From assembly GCA_964016885.1 (NCBI GenBank), contig OZ024744.1, forward strand, positions 100,936,001 through 101,000,000: a DNA stretch of 64,000 bases, read 5' to 3'. Within the stretch, counting starts at the first letter, position 1; every line of letters begins with the position of its first letter. Origin of the DNA: Eledone cirrhosa. Its lineage: Eukaryota. The position numbers were made by a program, and so were the translations under genes. A model generated the notes under the pieces. The model was not told the DNA's origin and searched no databases. It saw only the letters and a program-made list of their open reading frames with translations. Shown here piece after piece: positions 24,797 to 37,744 of the stretch.

Positions 24797-27208
24797 GGAG
24801 AGATTATAGAGATGCTGGAACAAAAGAAAATTGATATGTGTTGTGTACAAGAAACTAGATGGAGAAGAACACCAGGTAGACTCCTTGTGGGCAAAAAACG
24901 ATGCTACAAATTTTTCTGGTTGGGCAATTCAATGGGCTGGGTGGAGAAGGTATTATGTCAGCAGAGAAATAGGTAGATAAGGTAATTGTTGTCAACAGAA
25001 TCATTAAACTTAGACTTCTACTAAATAGAACAACCATGACAATTATATTTGCTTATGCACCTCAATCTGAACTATTAAAGGAACTAAAAGACAGGTTTTA
25101 TGAATCCCTAATGCAAATTACTTCCCTAATGGGTGACATTGCTTTCATAATCATTGCAGGTGACTTTAATAGGCATGTTGGGCAACACTGTGATGGCTTC
25201 TATAGAGTCCACAGAAGTTTCAGGTTTGGCACAAGAAATGAGGAAGGTTTCAGGCTCTTAGAATTCTGTGATGCCAATGATCTCACCATCTGTAATATAA
25301 ACTTCAGTAAACCAGACACCCACCTGATCGCCTATAGATCAGGTGAGGAAGCTAGCCAAATAGATTTTATTTTCACCAGAAGATGAGACAGAGTGACGGT
25401 TATAAACACAAAATCCATCCCTGGCAAGGAATGCACCTCTCAGCATAATCTAGTAGTTAGCAGCCTTATAGCTAGAGCTAGACAAACTCAGAGACAGAGT
25501 GCATCCTGGAGGAGAAAGATTTGGAAGTTGAAGGGGCCCACAGACAGTACCAAATTTAGAGGTATTTTATTTGACCCTTACGACAGTAAGTATGAATAAA
25601 TAGAGACATACAATATAGTGGAGCTGGGAGTTCCTGAAAGATAATCTGCCGAAGGTGACAAATGAGATTTGTGTCTTGAGAAGGGCTCCAGAGAGAAGGA
25701 GAGCAACTTAGTGGTGGAATAAAAGGGTGGATGAGACAATTAAGGCCAAGAGACAGGCATCGAAAGAATGGCAATATGGGGGAAGCTGGGTACACTGTCA
25801 GGAAGCTAGGTGACAAGTATGTATTGCAAGGAAACAGAAAATAACAAATTTAATCACGTTTTGTAATGATGTTGGGGACAAGTGTGTCCGAGATGATAAT
25901 GGCATACTTCCCTCACTTCTATGCCAATGATCTAACCCTCATAGCTGAATCTATGGTAGAATCAGAGAAGAAATTCCAAATCTGAAAGCATAGCTTGGAA
26001 GCAAAAGGTCTTAAAGTCAACATGGCAAACACAAAAGTCCTAGTGAATAGAAAGAAAAATAGGGTCCAGATCCCTTCAGGGAAATGGCCTTGCCCAATAT
26101 ACAGAAAAGGATTGAGTACACAAGAGATATAACAGGATCTTTGGCAGGCTAGCAAAGAACATGTTTTATATGTTGTTGATCCACAGAAGCAGTAAAGTAA
26201 GCAGCAAGAACTCACAAGAAACAATGTCCTTTAACTGCAGTGGTGTAGACGTGTGATATGTATGGAGGATGACAGTTATATAAGGTGCAGGTGTTTAAAG
26301 TTGATGGAAGCTATGGAAGCTATGGAAGAGGAAGACCTAGGAAAGCTTGGGATGAAGTGATAAGAGCTGACCTTGCATGATTAAACCTGTCAAAGATAAT
26401 GACACAGGATTGGGACCTCTGATGTTATGTTGTACTGCAGAAGATCTGCCTTTCCATGTGTACATGATGAAACAAACATGTAGAGGACACTAGTCTGCAC
26501 CAATCTTCTTTCTACACCTCCCCCATTTACCCTTCCCATTTACCCTCACCTGCTAAATATCCTAAGCACTTCTTCCATGTAGAAGTTCCTTACTTGATGC
26601 CCTTCCTCCTCCAACCCTCACTTATCACCCCTAATACACCTCTCTTGTCCAACCCATGTTTACAAGCATGAAAACTGGACACATTCTACATCTTGTATGC
26701 CACAATGCTGTTGCCACAACAAAAAAAAGCACTCAATCCATCCTATATGCAGATCTGTTGCTACAACAACAAAAGCACCCAGTATGCTCTATTAGATGAT
26801 TGTTTCAGTTCCACAATAAAATAAGCACCCAGTCCACACTGTAACATGGTTGTGCTGGTGACACCACAAAAGTGCCCAGTCCATTCTGTAACATGGTCAT
26901 GCTAGTAACACAATGAAAAAGCACCCAGTGTGCTCTATTAGATGATTGTTTCGGTTCCACAGTAAAAAAAAGCACCCAGTCCACACTGTAACATGGTTGT
27001 GCTGGTGACACCACAAAAGTGCCCAGCACATCCTGTAACATGGTTTGGCATTTGGAAAGGCATCCAGCTGTAGAAATCAAGCTAAAATACAGCTCTGTAT
27101 GCACAAGTTATGGTCACCTGATCTGACTTATTTCATAATGACAAGTCATCTAATCCATCCAAGTGTGGAAAAATAGACAGTAAGTAGTGAGGATGATGAT
27201 GATGATGA
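24797..27208 (+). mobile_element. Old, deleted RTE LINE including endonuclease domain
   Basis: IDMCCVQETRW, AYAPQ, IAGDFNRHVG, GTRNEEG..LLEFC, SQIDFI; then RT/C-terminal pieces and 3'UTR. Confidence 0.88.
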
Positions 27209-27224
27209 TATATATATATTGAGT

Positions 27225-27455
27225 GAAGGTGTGTGGCTGAGTGGTTAAAGAATTGGATTCGTAATTGTGAGGTTGTGATTTCGAATTCCGGACCAGGTGA
27301 TGTGTTATGTCCTTGAGCAAGACACTTTATTTCACGTTACTCCTACCTGGATTTGCAACTGATAGATAATATTAGGAATTGGAAAGACCTTCGGAAACAT
27401 TGTTTCCTCGGTCCGAGGAAGCGAATGAAGTCTTGGATCTTGTCAATTGACTTTT
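27225..27455 (+). mobile_element. SINE family 2 (tRNA head + CORE-like box, tail type b)
   Basis: TGGCTGAGTGG A-box, TTCGAATTCC B-box, TGTCCTTGAGCAAGACACTTT. Confidence 0.8.
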
Positions 27456-27483
27456 GATATATATATATATGTGTGTATATGTA

Positions 27484-27826
27484 TCATCATCATCATCATT
27501 TCATTTTACGTCCACTTTTCCCTGCTTGCAAGGGTGGGACGGGAACTGATTCTGGCTTGATTTCTACAGCTGGATGCCCTTCCTAACACCAACCTCATTT
27601 ACAGTGAGTGCTGGGTGCTTTTTGCCGTGGCTCCTACACGTCCACTTTGCAGTGGAATGATAGGGACCCCAGTCCCTATCATCTCATTTCTACAGCTGAG
27701 TAAACCGGAGCAATGTGAAATAAAGTGTCTTGCTCAAGGAAACAACACATCACACGGTCTGAGAATTGAACTCATCACCTTTCGATTGCAAGGCCCATTC
27801 TCTAACCACTAAGCCATGTACCTCCA
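27484..27826 (-). mobile_element. SINE family 2 with RTE-derived tail (type a)
   Basis: Reverse match to 28708-29043. Confidence 0.88.
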
Positions 27827-27829
27827 TCA

Positions 27830-27881
<52 letters not shown>

Positions 27882-27891
27882 TTATATATAT

Positions 27892-28686
27892 ATCATCATC
27901 ATCTTCGTTTAACGTCCATTTTCCATGCTAGCATGGGTTAGACTGGAATTGTCCCACTTGAGGCAAGATTGATCGGGTGACTGTCTCGCTTGTATAGGAC
28001 TGTATCTGACAGGTTTTCTATGGCTGGATGCCCTTCCTAACACAACCACATTTACAGTGTGGACTGGGAGCCTTTTTACTGTGTCTCCTACATCACCACT
28101 TTACAGAGTGGACTGGGAGTGTTTTTTGTTGTGACACCTACACAACCTCTTTAGTTTGGACTGGATGTTGTGGTACCAACATAACTTTACAGAGAAATGG
28201 TGGTGTTAGTGAAAGTGGGAGGATGGAGTAGGGGTAGTGGGTTGGGGTGTATATTTAGTTTGGAGGGGGCCTACTGACTGTAGGTTAATATTATATATAG
28301 GGAAGGCGGGTGTTCGGTATTACTGTGTAGCGCCAAAGGTCTCGATCCAGTGACATTGTCTTGGAGAGGTCTAAGTGTGCAAGGTCGGATTTTATCATGT
28401 CGTCCCAGGTTGTTCTGGGTCTACCTACTCCGTAGCTTCCATCAATTTTGATCACCCTGCACTTTTTATACAGCTGTCGTCTTTCATGCGCATCACGTGA
28501 CCATACCAACGTAATCTTCTCTCAAGTAAACAGCATCTGATCCCTCTTATTCCTAATTTCTCACTTAATTTGTTTATATTTTGCCATTCATGTATATTAC
28601 TATTACACACCCAAAGGAGCATACATGCTTCGTTCCTTTCCAATCTGCGCAGGTCCTCTGCACACAATGCCCATGTCTCACTGCCA
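27892..28686 (-). mobile_element. RTE LINE 3' fragment
   Basis: [20 protein letters not shown]...[10 protein letters not shown] plus 3'UTR. Confidence 0.9.
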
Positions 28687-28707
28687 TATATATATATATA
28701 TATATAT

Positions 28708-29043
28708 TGGAGGCACATGGCTTAGTGGTTAGAGCATTGGCCTTGCAATCGAAAGGTTGTGAGTTCAATTCTCAGACCGGGTGATGTGTTGTGTCCTTGA
28801 GCAAGTCACTTTATTTCAAATTGCTCCAATTTACTCAGCTGTAGAAATGAGATGATAGGGACTGGGGTCCCTATCATTCTACTGCAAAGTGTTCGTAGAG
28901 GTGCCACGGCAAAAAAGCACCCAGCACTCACTGTAAATGAGGTTGGTGTTAGGAAGGGCATCCAGCTGTAGAAATCAAGCCAGAATCAGTTCCCGTCCCA
29001 CCCTTGCAAGCAGGGAAAAGCGGACATGAAAAATGATGATGAT
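28708..29043 (+). mobile_element. SINE family 2 with RTE-derived tail (type a), full length
   Basis: GGAGGCACATGGCTTAGTGG...GAGTTCAATTC tRNA-like head, CCTTGAGCAAGTCACTT CORE-like box, GTTGGTGTTAGGAAGGGCATCCAGCTGTAGAAA shared with RTE 3'UTR, (ATG)n end. Confidence 0.9.
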
Positions 29044-29085
29044 ATAAATTTCCAGTTGGTTGGTTTCATAACTGGAAGGTTGTTT

Positions 29086-30523
29086 ATATATATGGTAGCT
29101 ATATTGTCAACATGTGGTGGTATATATGGTAGTTATATTGTCAACATGTGGTGGTATATATGGTAGTTATATTGTCAACATATGGTGGTATATATGGTAG
29201 TTATATTGTCAACATGTGGTGTATATGGTAGTTATATTGTCAACATGTGATCATCATCATCATCATCATCATCATCGTTTAACGTCCGTGTTCCATGCTT
29301 GCATGGGTTTGGACGGGGGTTTTCCCACTTGAGGCAAGAGTGATTGTCTTGCTTGTATAGGACTGTCTGGCGGGTTTTCTACAGCTGGATGCCCTTCCTA
29401 ACACCAACCACATTTACAGTGTGGGTCTTGGAGGTTTTTACCGTGTTGCCTACATGGCCACATTACAGCGTGGACTGTCTGGCGGGTTTTCTACAGCTGG
29501 ATGCCCTTCCTAACACCAACCACATTTACAGTGTGGGGCTGGGAGGTTTTTACCGTGTTGCCTACACGGCCACATTACAGCGTGGACTGTCTGGCGGGTT
29601 TTCTACAGCTGGATGCCCTTCCTAACAGCAACCACATTTACAGTGTGGGGCTGGGAGGTTTTTACCGTGTTGCCTACACGGCCACATTACAGCGTGGACT
29701 GTGTGTTTTTTTTTGTCGTGACACCTACACGATCTCATTTGTTTCGGCCTGGATGTTGTGGCAATTATATTGTCAACATGTGGTGGTATATATGGTAGTA
29801 ATATTGTCAACATGTGGTGTATATGGTAGTAATATTGTCATGTGGTGTATATGGTAGTTATATTGTGAACATGTGGTGATATATATGGTTGTTATATTGT
29901 CAACGTGGTATATATGGTAGTTATATTGTCAACATGTGGTGGTATATATGGTAGTAATATTGTCAACATGTGGTGGTATATATGGTAGTTATATTGTCAA
30001 CATAGTGGTATATATGGTAGTTATATTGTCAACATGTGGTGTATATGGTAGTTATATTGCCAACATGTGGTATATATGACAGTTATATTGTCAACGTGTG
30101 GTATATATGGTAGTTATATTGTCACATGTGGTGGTATATATGGTAGTTATATTTACATGTGGTGGTATATATGGTAGTTATATTGTCAACATGTGGTGTA
30201 TATGGTAGTTATATTTTCACATGTGGTGGTATATATGGTAGTTATATTGTCAACATGTGGTATATATGGTAGTTATATTGTCACATGTGGTGGTTTATAG
30301 GGTAGTTATATTAACATGTGGTGGTGTATATGGTAGTTATGTTGTCAACATATGGTGGTATATATGGTAGTTATATTGTCAACATGTCGTATATATGGTT
30401 GTTATATTGTCAACATGTGGTGTATATGGTAGTTATATTGTCAACATGTGGTATATGTGGTAGTTATATTGTCAACATGTGGGGGTATATGTGGTATATA
30501 TGGTAGTTATATTGTCAACATGA
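29086..30523. repeat. ~30-34 bp degenerate minisatellite (GGTATATATGGTAGTTATATTGTCAACATGT), interrupted by an RTE 3'UTR (29250-29761, minus) carrying a ~111-bp triplication
   Basis: Direct units on both sides of the insertion. Confidence 0.9.
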
Positions 30524-30537
30524 TTTATAATATAGTT

Positions 30538-31231
30538 AGCAAAACATAAATGAACTAAGTGAGAAATTAGGAATAAGAGGGATCAGATGTTGTTTACTCG
30601 AGAGAAGACTATGTTGGTATGGTCACGTGATGCGCATGAAAGACGACAGATGTATAAAAAAAAGTGCAGGGCGATCAAAATAGACGGTAGCTACGGAGTT
30701 GGCAGACCCAGAAAAACCTGGGACGAGCTGATAAATTCCGACCTCACACACTTACACCTCTCCAAGACAATGTCACTGGACCGAGATCTTTGGCGGTACT
30801 CAGTAATAGAGAAGACCCGCCTTGCCTAAGTACAAAGCGAAACCTACAGTCAGTAGGCACCTCTTAACCAAATATACGCCCCCTCCCACTACCCCAACTC
30901 CCCCACTCTCAGCAACACCACCCCTTTCGATGTAAAGTTATGTTGGTACCACAGCATCCAGTCCTAAATAAATGAGGTCATGTAGGTGTCACAACAAAAA
31001 AAACACACGGTCCATGCAGTAATGTGGCCATGTAGGTAACACGGTAAAAACCTCCCAGTTCCACACTGTAAACGTGGTTGGTGTTAGGAAGGGCATCCAG
31101 CCGTAGAAAACCTGCCAGACAGTCCCATACGAGCAAGACAACCAATCTTGCCTCAAGTGGGACAAACCCGTCTAAACCCATGCAAGCCTGGAAGATAGAC
31201 GTTAAACGATGATGATGATAATGATGATGAT
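30538..31231 (+). mobile_element. RTE LINE 3' fragment
   Basis: [26 protein letters not shown]; 3'UTR; (ATG)n. Confidence 0.92.
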
Positions 31232-31389
31232 GTTAGTTATATTGTCAATATGGTGGTGATAGTAAACACAGTAGCAATACATACAACTCTAGAAGAATGT
31301 CGTTGTAGTTTGACTGTGTAACATTGTGTAGTCTTTCTATTTTATTTCTTCAGGCTATGGTTTTCTGTATATTTCAGTAACTTTATCTA

Positions 31390-31672
31390 ACCCTTTTAAT
31401 ACCAAACTGCCTAAAACTGGCTCTGTTTCTGTGATTTAACCCCTTCATGACCACATTTCTAATAAAATACACTCTATTTCAATTAGTTAAAGAAGAATTT
31501 TGAGAGATTATTGAAATTATTAATTGTTTCATTACTAAGATAGTAACTTAATGTATGGTTCTTATATAAAATTATAGTGGAAGATTTTAATTTAAATTGG
31601 AAACCTTTAAAATGAGTGATTTTATTTCATACAATCAGAGCCTGTTTTGGTCGGTTTGGCAACAAAAGGGTT
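31390..31672. mobile_element. Second piggyBac-type MITE family, old
   Basis: AACCCTTTTAATACCAAACTG...CGGTTTGGCAACAAAAGGGTTTAA imperfect inverted termini. Confidence 0.5.
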
Positions 31673-32032
31673 TAAATAATACTACTGATTTGAAAGTGTT
31701 TATACTTATATTAAAACTTTGCATCACTTGAGGCAAGATTGGTCGTCTCACTCGTATAGGACTGTCTGGCAGGTTTTCTATGGCTGGATGTCCTTCCTAA
31801 CACCAATCACGTTTACAGCGAGGACTGGGAACTTTTTACCGTGTTACATACACAGCCACATTACAGCGTGGACTGTGTGTTTTTTGTCATGAAACACGAA
31901 TATTGTATATTTTATTAAATTCTTTCAAATGTTTGATGATTTTAAAAATAAACTGAAACACATAAGCAGTGTACTTCATTAGAAATATTGTAATAAAATG
32001 GTTAATTGATAAAGTTTTTAATTAATTTCTAG

Positions 32033-32116
32033 GCACCAACTCGAGCAAAACTTCGAAAAGGAATAATTGACAAACTCTCAAACGCTGTTGATGAAGCACG
32101 AAAGGGAAACCATAAG
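32033..32116 (+). CDS. Internal exon C of the sorting nexin; PX-BAR linker
   Basis: tttctAG|GCACCA...CATAAG|GTAATT; 84 nt, phase 0 to 0; APTRAKLRKGIIDKLSNAVDEARKGNHK. Confidence 0.85.
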
Positions 32117-32149
32117 GTAATTTCCCGATCTGTTATACTTATAGAAACA

Positions 32150-33600
32150 TAATCACCATCATCATCATCACATATCATCACCATCATCATCATCACATAT
32201 CATCACCATCACCGTCATCGCATACCATCACCGTCATCACATACCATCACCGTCATCACATACCATCACCGTCATCACATACCATCACCATCATCATCAT
32301 CACATATCTTCACTGTCATCGCATATCTTCACCGTCATCGCATACCATCACCGTCATCACATACCATCACCGTCATCGCATACCATCACCATCATCACAT
32401 ATCATCACCATCACCGTCATCACATATCATCACCATCATCACATACCATCACCATCATCACATATTATCACCATCACCGTCATCACATACCATCACCGTC
32501 ATCACAAACCATCACCGTCATCACATACCATCACCGGCATCACATACCATCACCGGCATCACATACCATCACCGTCATCACATACCATCACCGTCATCAC
32601 ATACCATCACCGTCATCACAAACCATCACCATCATCACATACCATCACCATCATCACATACCATCACCGTCATCGCATACCATCATCACATACCATCACC
32701 GTCATCACATACCATCATCACAAACCATCATCACATACCATCACCGTCATCACATACCATCACCGTCATACCATCACCATCATCACATACCATCACCGTC
32801 ATACCATCACCATCATCACATACCATCATCACATACCATCACATACCATCATCACATACCATCACATACCATCACCATCATCACAAACCATCACCGTCAT
32901 CACAAACCATCACCGTCATCACAAACCATCACCGTCATCACAAACCATCACCATCATCACAAACCATCACCGTCATCACATACCATCACCGTCATCACAT
33001 ACCATCACCGTCATCACAAACCATCACATACCATCACCGTCATCACATACCATCACCGTCATCACATACCATCACCGTCATCACATACCATCACCGTCAT
33101 CACATACCATCACCGTCATCACAAACCATCACCGTCATCACAAACCATCACCGTCATCACATACCATCACCGTCATCACAAACCATCACCGTCATCACAA
33201 ACCATCACCGTCATCACATACCATCACCGTCATTACATACCATCACCGTCGTCACATACCATCACCGTCATCACATACCATCACCGTCATCACATACCAT
33301 CACCGTCATCACAAACCATCATCACATACCACCACCGTCATCACATACCGTCATCACATACCATCACCGTCATCACAAACCATCACATACCATCACCGTC
33401 ATCACATACCGTCATCACATACCATCACCGTCATCACATACCATCACCTTCATCACATACCATCACCGTCATCACATACCACCACCGTCATCGCATACCA
33501 CCACCGTCATCGCATGCCACCACCGTCATCGCATGCCACCACCGTCATCGCATGCCACCACCGTCATCGCATGTCATCGCATACCATCACCATCATCATC
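32150..33600. repeat. ~19-bp minisatellite (CATCACCGTCATCACATAC) grown from a (CAT)n tail
   Basis: Direct units; merges into a minus-strand (CAT)n/RTE-type tail at 33590. Confidence 0.92.
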
Positions 33601-33879
33601 ATTGTTTTTACATCCATTTTTCCATATTCACATGGGTTGGATGAGTTCTTTCAGTGATTTGAGATCAGCTCTCACAACCTCTGCCTAGGTCTTTATTGGT
33701 CTACCTCTACTGCAGCTTCCTTCTACAGACAAGATATTTATAGAAACATCATCATCATCATCATTGTTTTTACATCCATTTTTCCATGCCCACAGGGGTT
33801 GGACAGGTCCTTTTCAACGCAACATCTCTCCACTTGTTGCGTTCCTTTGTCATCTTCTCTGTGAATCTTAGTGATTTGA

Positions 33880-34400
33880 CATCAGCTCACACCACCTCTG
33901 CCCAGGTCATCCTTGGTCTACCTCTATCCAGGACATCCTTGGTCTACCTCTACTGCAGCTTCCTTCCACTGGCATTTCCTGATATCTCAGTGATTTGACA
34001 TCAGCTCTCACCACCTCTACCCAGGTCATCCTTGGTCTACCTCTACTGCAGCTTCCTTCCACTGGCATTTCCTGATATCTCAGTGATTTGACATCAGCTC
34101 TCACCATCTCTACTCAGGTCATCCTTGGTCTACCTCTACTGCAACTTCCTTCCACTGGCATTTCCTGGTATCTGTGATTTGACATCAGCTCTCACAACCT
34201 CTACCCAGGTCATCCTTGGTCTACCTCTACTGCAGCTTCCTTCCACTGGCATTTCCTGATATCTCTGTGATTTGACATCAGCTCTCACAACCTCTACCCA
34301 GGTCATCCTTGGTCTACCTCTACTGCAGCTTCCTTCCATTGCCATTTCCTCTGCCCAGGTCATCCTTGGTCTACCTCTACTGCAGCTTCCTTCTACAGAC
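33880..34400 (-). repeat. ~76-bp tandem repeat derived from an RTE ORF2 C-terminus
   Basis: Unit translates EMPVEGSCSRGRPRMTWVEVVRADVKSL, homologous to [11 protein letters not shown]. Confidence 0.85.
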
Positions 34401-34639
34401 AAGTAGATAATTACCAGATCTGTTATATTTATAGAAACCATAAGGTCTATTAAGATCTATTATTTTATGGAAAATTTATTTTGACAAAGTTCACTTTGAA
34501 TGGTTAATTTACATCACTGAAGGTTTCACTGGAAAACTGATTTAAAAAAAAAAAAATTTTTATGCTTGAAATTTTATGTTGTCTATAGCAACTGCGCTAT
34601 TTCTACGATGTGTATGTAGTTATATCCCTCCTCCCCTCC

Positions 34640-36725
34640 TCATCATCACCATCATCACCATCATCACCATCATCACCATCATCATCATCACCATCATCAC
34701 CATCATCTTCATCATCACCATCATCTTCATCATCACCATCATCTTCATCATCTTCATCATCACCATCATCACCATCATCACCATCATCACCATCACCATC
34801 ATCACCATCACCATCACCATCTTCATCTTCATCATCATCACCAACATCACCATCATCATCATGAGCATGACATGGTCACCTGACCTTAGCATTGTTCACA
34901 AGAGGATAACTCGTCTAACCCATGCCAGCATGGAATAATGGACATTAAACCGTGATGATGATCATCATCATGATGATCATCATCATGATTGTCACCTCAA
35001 TATCACCACCACCACTGCCACCATCACTACCACCACCATCACCACCACCACTGCCACCATCACCCCCCCCCCCCCCCCCCCCCCACGACCACTACCACCA
35101 CCATCACTACCACCACCACCATCACTACCACCACTGCCACCAATCACTACCACCACCATCACCACCACCACTGCCACCATCACTACCCCCCCCACCATCA
35201 CCCCTACCCCCACCATCATTACCCCCCCATCACCACCACCACTGCCACCATCACTACCACCACCATCACCACCATCACCACCACCACCACCATCACTACC
35301 ACCACCATCACCACCACCACTGCCACCATCACTACCACCACTGCCACCACCACTGCTACCATCACCACCACCACTGCCACCATCACTACCACCACCACCA
35401 CCACCATCACCACCATCACCCCCCCAATCACTACCCCCCATCACCACCACCACTGCCACCATCACTACCACCACCATCACTACCACCACCATCACCACCA
35501 CCGCCACCATCACTACCACCACCGCCACCATCACTACCACCACTGCCACCATCACTACCACCACCATCACCACCACCACTGCCACCATCACTACCATCAC
35601 CACCACCACCCCACCATCACCACCACCACTGCCACCACCACCACCCCCACCATCACCACCACCACTGCCACCATCACTACCACCACCATCACCACCACCA
35701 TCACTACCACCACCACCACCACCACCACCACCACCACCGCCGCCGCCATCACCACCACCATCACTACCACCACCGCCGCCACCGCCACCGCCATCGCCAC
35801 CGCCACCACCACCACCACCACCGCCGCCGCCATCACTACCACCACCACCACCGCCACCATCACCACCACCACCGCCACCATCACCACCACCACCACCACC
35901 ATCACTACCACCACCGCCACCATCACCACCGACGCCATCACCACCACCATCACCACCATCACCACCACCACCACCACCGCCGCCGCCATCACTACCACCA
36001 CCACCACCGCCACCATCACCACCACCACCACTACCACCACCGCCACCATCACCACCGACACCATCACCACCACCATCACCACCATCACCACCATCACTAC
36101 CACCACCATCACCACTACCACCACCATCACCACCACCACCACCACCACCACCACCATCACTACCACCACCATCACCACCGACACCATCACCACCACCACC
36201 ATCATCACCACCACCACCACCACCATCACTACCACCACCATCACCACCGACACCATCACCACCACCACCATCATCACCACCACCATCACCACCATCACTA
36301 CCACCACCATCACCACCGACACCATCACCACCACCACCATCATCACCACCACCACCACCACCATCACTACCACCACCATCACCACCGACACCATCACCAC
36401 CACCACCATCATCACCACCACCACCACCACCATCACTACCACCACCATCACCACCGACACCATCACCACCACCACCATCATCACCACCACCATCACCACC
36501 ATCACTACCACCACCATCACCACCGACACCATCACCACCACCACCATCATCACCACCACCACCACCACCATCACTACCACCACCATCACCACCGACACCA
36601 TCACCACCACCACCATCATCACCACCACCATCACCACCATCACTACCACCACCATCACCACCGACACCATCACCACCACCACCATCATCACCACCACCAT
36701 CACCACCATCACTACCACCACTGCC
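34640..36725. repeat. (CAC/CAT)n complex trinucleotide array with a ~63-bp higher-order period in its 3' part
   Basis: Recurrent ACCGACACC variant at regular spacing from ~36170 to 36670. Confidence 0.93.
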
Positions 36726-36859
36726 ACAATCGTTGTTATCATCTTGTCATCCTTTCTGTGGTTGTCAAATTAAATTATCAGACAGTTCCTATGTTTGATA
36801 TAATTGACTTCCCACCTTTTGTGCCAGATTTAGAAATCCCTATTATTTCAAATTGTGGA

Positions 36860-37012
36860 TCAGGCAGTAATCGGTAGAGCACCAGGCACCCTGTTTTGTG
36901 GCATATAGTTACGGCCCTTTACATTCTGAGTTCAAATCCCGCTGAGGTTAACTGCGCCTTTCATCCTTTCAGAGTCGATAAAATAGAGTACCAGTAATAC
37001 GCTGAGGTCGAT
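36860..37012 (+). mobile_element. SINE family 1, old copy
   Basis: GAGTTCAAATCC and CCTTTCATCCTTTCAGAGTCGATAAAAT. Confidence 0.75.
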
Positions 37013-37017
37013 TTAAG

Positions 37018-37420
37018 CCTTCAGCATTTAAACCGGCCGTATCCGGCCAGAATTCTCTCACCTCTTTCTGTTCAAACCGTCCGTAACCAGCTGCTCATAC
37101 CGATGTTAAGGTATTGTTCTCAAAATAAGTAATATCAAAATCTCGTAGATTTGATATTATGTGAAAATACAATAGTATATATATATATATATAGAATAAT
37201 TGTTTCTACTTTAGGCACAAGGCCAGCAATTACCCAGTGAATTACTGGTACTTTATTTTATCGACCCCGTAAGGATGAAAGGCAAAGTCAACCTCGGCGG
37301 GATTTGAACTCAGATCGTAAAGGGACGTAACTATGCTGGAAAGCATGGCGTCCGACACTCTACCGATACTGCCAATCCACCGCCCTTTATATATATATAG
37401 AATAATGTAATTGCTAAAGG
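37018..37420 (+). mobile_element. piggyBac-type MITE interrupted by a minus-strand SINE family 1 copy (37201-37387)
   Basis: SINE flanked by 19-bp duplication TATATATATATAGAATAAT (37182-37200, 37388-37406). Confidence 0.85.
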
Positions 37421-37744
37421 TTGTACCACACCACAATGAATCACTGATCAATTTAGACGACGACACGAACAAGCAAACATCAAATTATTCCATCTGCTAC
37501 AAATCCTCCCTTACATTTAGGTAGCAATATAGAGTCACCTATTTAGCTTTGAATTGTAAACATTTTATACAAATGAAGTCATCATTATTATCATTGTCAT
37601 CGTTGTATTCATGTCTGTTTTTCCATGCTGGCATGGATTGGATGGTATATTTTGAAGCAGTGTGTATTCTCTTCTTGATGTCAACCCTTTTTGCTGTATC
37701 TTACAATATGCAAAGATACAGTCAACTTATTCTAAAAGCTAGGA

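Noticed and set aside
28708-28780. tRNA gene
   Set aside because: A/B boxes are present but there is no proper acceptor stem; it continues into a SINE body present in many copies
34952-36877. 641-aa His/Pro-rich and 594-aa Thr-rich ORFs
   Set aside because: Translations of a (CAC/CAT)n array; no splice or domain support
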